55,098 bases of DNA from a virus (taxonomy: Duplodnaviria > Caudoviricetes). Position numbers and translations under genes: made by a program. Below are positions 54,446-55,098 of this stretch, piece by piece. The notes under the pieces were generated by a model. The model worked only from the letters and a program-made list of their open reading frames with translations, searched no databases and had not been told where the DNA came from. The stretch's first letter is position 1; the number at the start of each line of letters is the position of its first letter. The stretch covers positions 1 to 55,098 of the IMG/VR virus record IMGVR_UViG_3300013119_000328; one strand, written 5' to 3'.

Positions 54446-54655
54446 TCAAGTAAATTTCTTTTTTGTTTTTGCCCTTTGTACAAGTTGTACATCTGCTGCA
54501 CGGATGCGAATCAGTTCACCCTCTGGGCTTACGATCTCTGCCATCTTCATCAATTTATCGTATTTGAAAAGTAATCCTATTTTCCAGTCAGTATATCTCT
54601 TTGGCTCAACATGCCAGGTGCATATTCTATATCTGACAAGATCACCGTCTCTCAT
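54446..54655 (-). CDS. Small SH3/KOW-like hypothetical protein
   Basis: MRDGDLVRY...IGLL; promoter TTGACA-N17-TATGCT at 54667-54695 with GGCAACAAATAAAAAG upstream. Confidence 0.65.
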   Translation of the reverse strand: MRDGDLVRYRICTWHVEPKRYTDWKIGLLFKYDKLMKMAEIVSPEGELIRIRAADVQLVQRAKTKKKFT

Positions 54656-54703
54656 TGACTCACATAAGCATAACCATCTTGACGTTCAATGTCAATGGTC
54701 TTT

Positions 54704-55027
54704 TTATTTGTTGCCTTCAAAATCTTCACCGACTTTCATCTTCTTTATCCTCGCAGTTTTTGCTGCTCTTGATCTTCCGTTGGCTGAGATGTAAACAGTG
54801 TCTTCTTCGATTTCGAAGAACCTATCTCGATAGTCGTCACAAAGTTCAATCACAAATGATTTTCCTGCATTTTCTGGTGCGATTCTGTCTTCCAGCCAAT
54901 CAAGCCGATCGCTGCACTCTTTCCAGCAGTGGTTCGCCGTTGCAAGTTCTTCTTCTAGTTCTTTGATTCTTAGTTCCAAACTATCCTCACTTGGAGATGA
55001 GTGATTACCTTTTGTATCTTTGCTCAT
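54704..55027 (-). CDS. Hypothetical protein
   Basis: Coiled-coil N-terminus; ATGA-coupled to an upstream partial ORF. Confidence 0.6.
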   Translation of the reverse strand: MSKDTKGNHSSPSEDSLELRIKELEEELATANHCWKECSDRLDWLEDRIAPENAGKSFVIELCDDYRDRFFEIEEDTVYISANGRSRAAKTARIKKMKVGEDFEGNK

Positions 55028-55098
55028 TTCTCTTCTCCATCTTCCCCAAATTCTTCTTGATACTCTCTCATCAATTCTGAAGGATCGAAACCCTCAAG
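55024..55098 (-). CDS. Partial CDS (C-terminus)
   Basis: Open frame LEGFDPSELMREYQEEFGEDGEEK* at the window edge. Confidence 0.5.
   Translation of the reverse strand, partial: LEGFDPSELMREYQEEFGEDGEEK

Noticed and set aside
32-54966. Plus-strand ORFs in the track
   Set aside because: All are antisense shadows of recognisable minus-strand genes, with no motifs or RBS.
1-55098. CRISPR array, tRNA, rRNA, DGR/retron reverse transcriptase, integrase
   Set aside because: No spaced repeats, cloverleaves, RT or recombinase motifs seen by eye; tRNAscan/Infernal would be needed to exclude small RNAs.

Overview
Fragment of a large T4-like myophage genome. Essentially every real gene is on the minus strand and uses the standard genetic code. 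In gene direction (high to low coordinates) the window holds: small early hypothetical genes (55-52 kb); a ParB-domain gene and a holin/spanin-like trio; terminase, portal, prohead protease, a ribosomal protein bS21 homolog, scaffold and major capsid; neck, sheath, tube, a frameshift-type tail chaperone pair, tape measure and baseplate genes; then a replication block (short PolA, degenerate tubulin/FtsZ-like protein, gp32-like SSB, RecA/UvsX, deaminase, 5'-3' exonuclease, DnaB-like helicase, class II RNR, GroES, DnaE), a restriction-modification-like pair and the start of a probable dUTPase. The standout feature is that three core genes (dnaE, nrdJ, recA) are each broken into two ORFs joined by a split intein. 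The recA N-intein is only 13 aa. Each gap holds a decayed piece of a free-standing endonuclease, and two gaps carry their own sigma70-type promoter. Two further cis inteins sit in nrdJ and dnaB. Two recurrent motifs are visible: GGCAACAAAA plus an A-tract upstream of -35 boxes, and CTATTTA upstream of structural genes. All calls come from motif recognition by eye; no searches were run.
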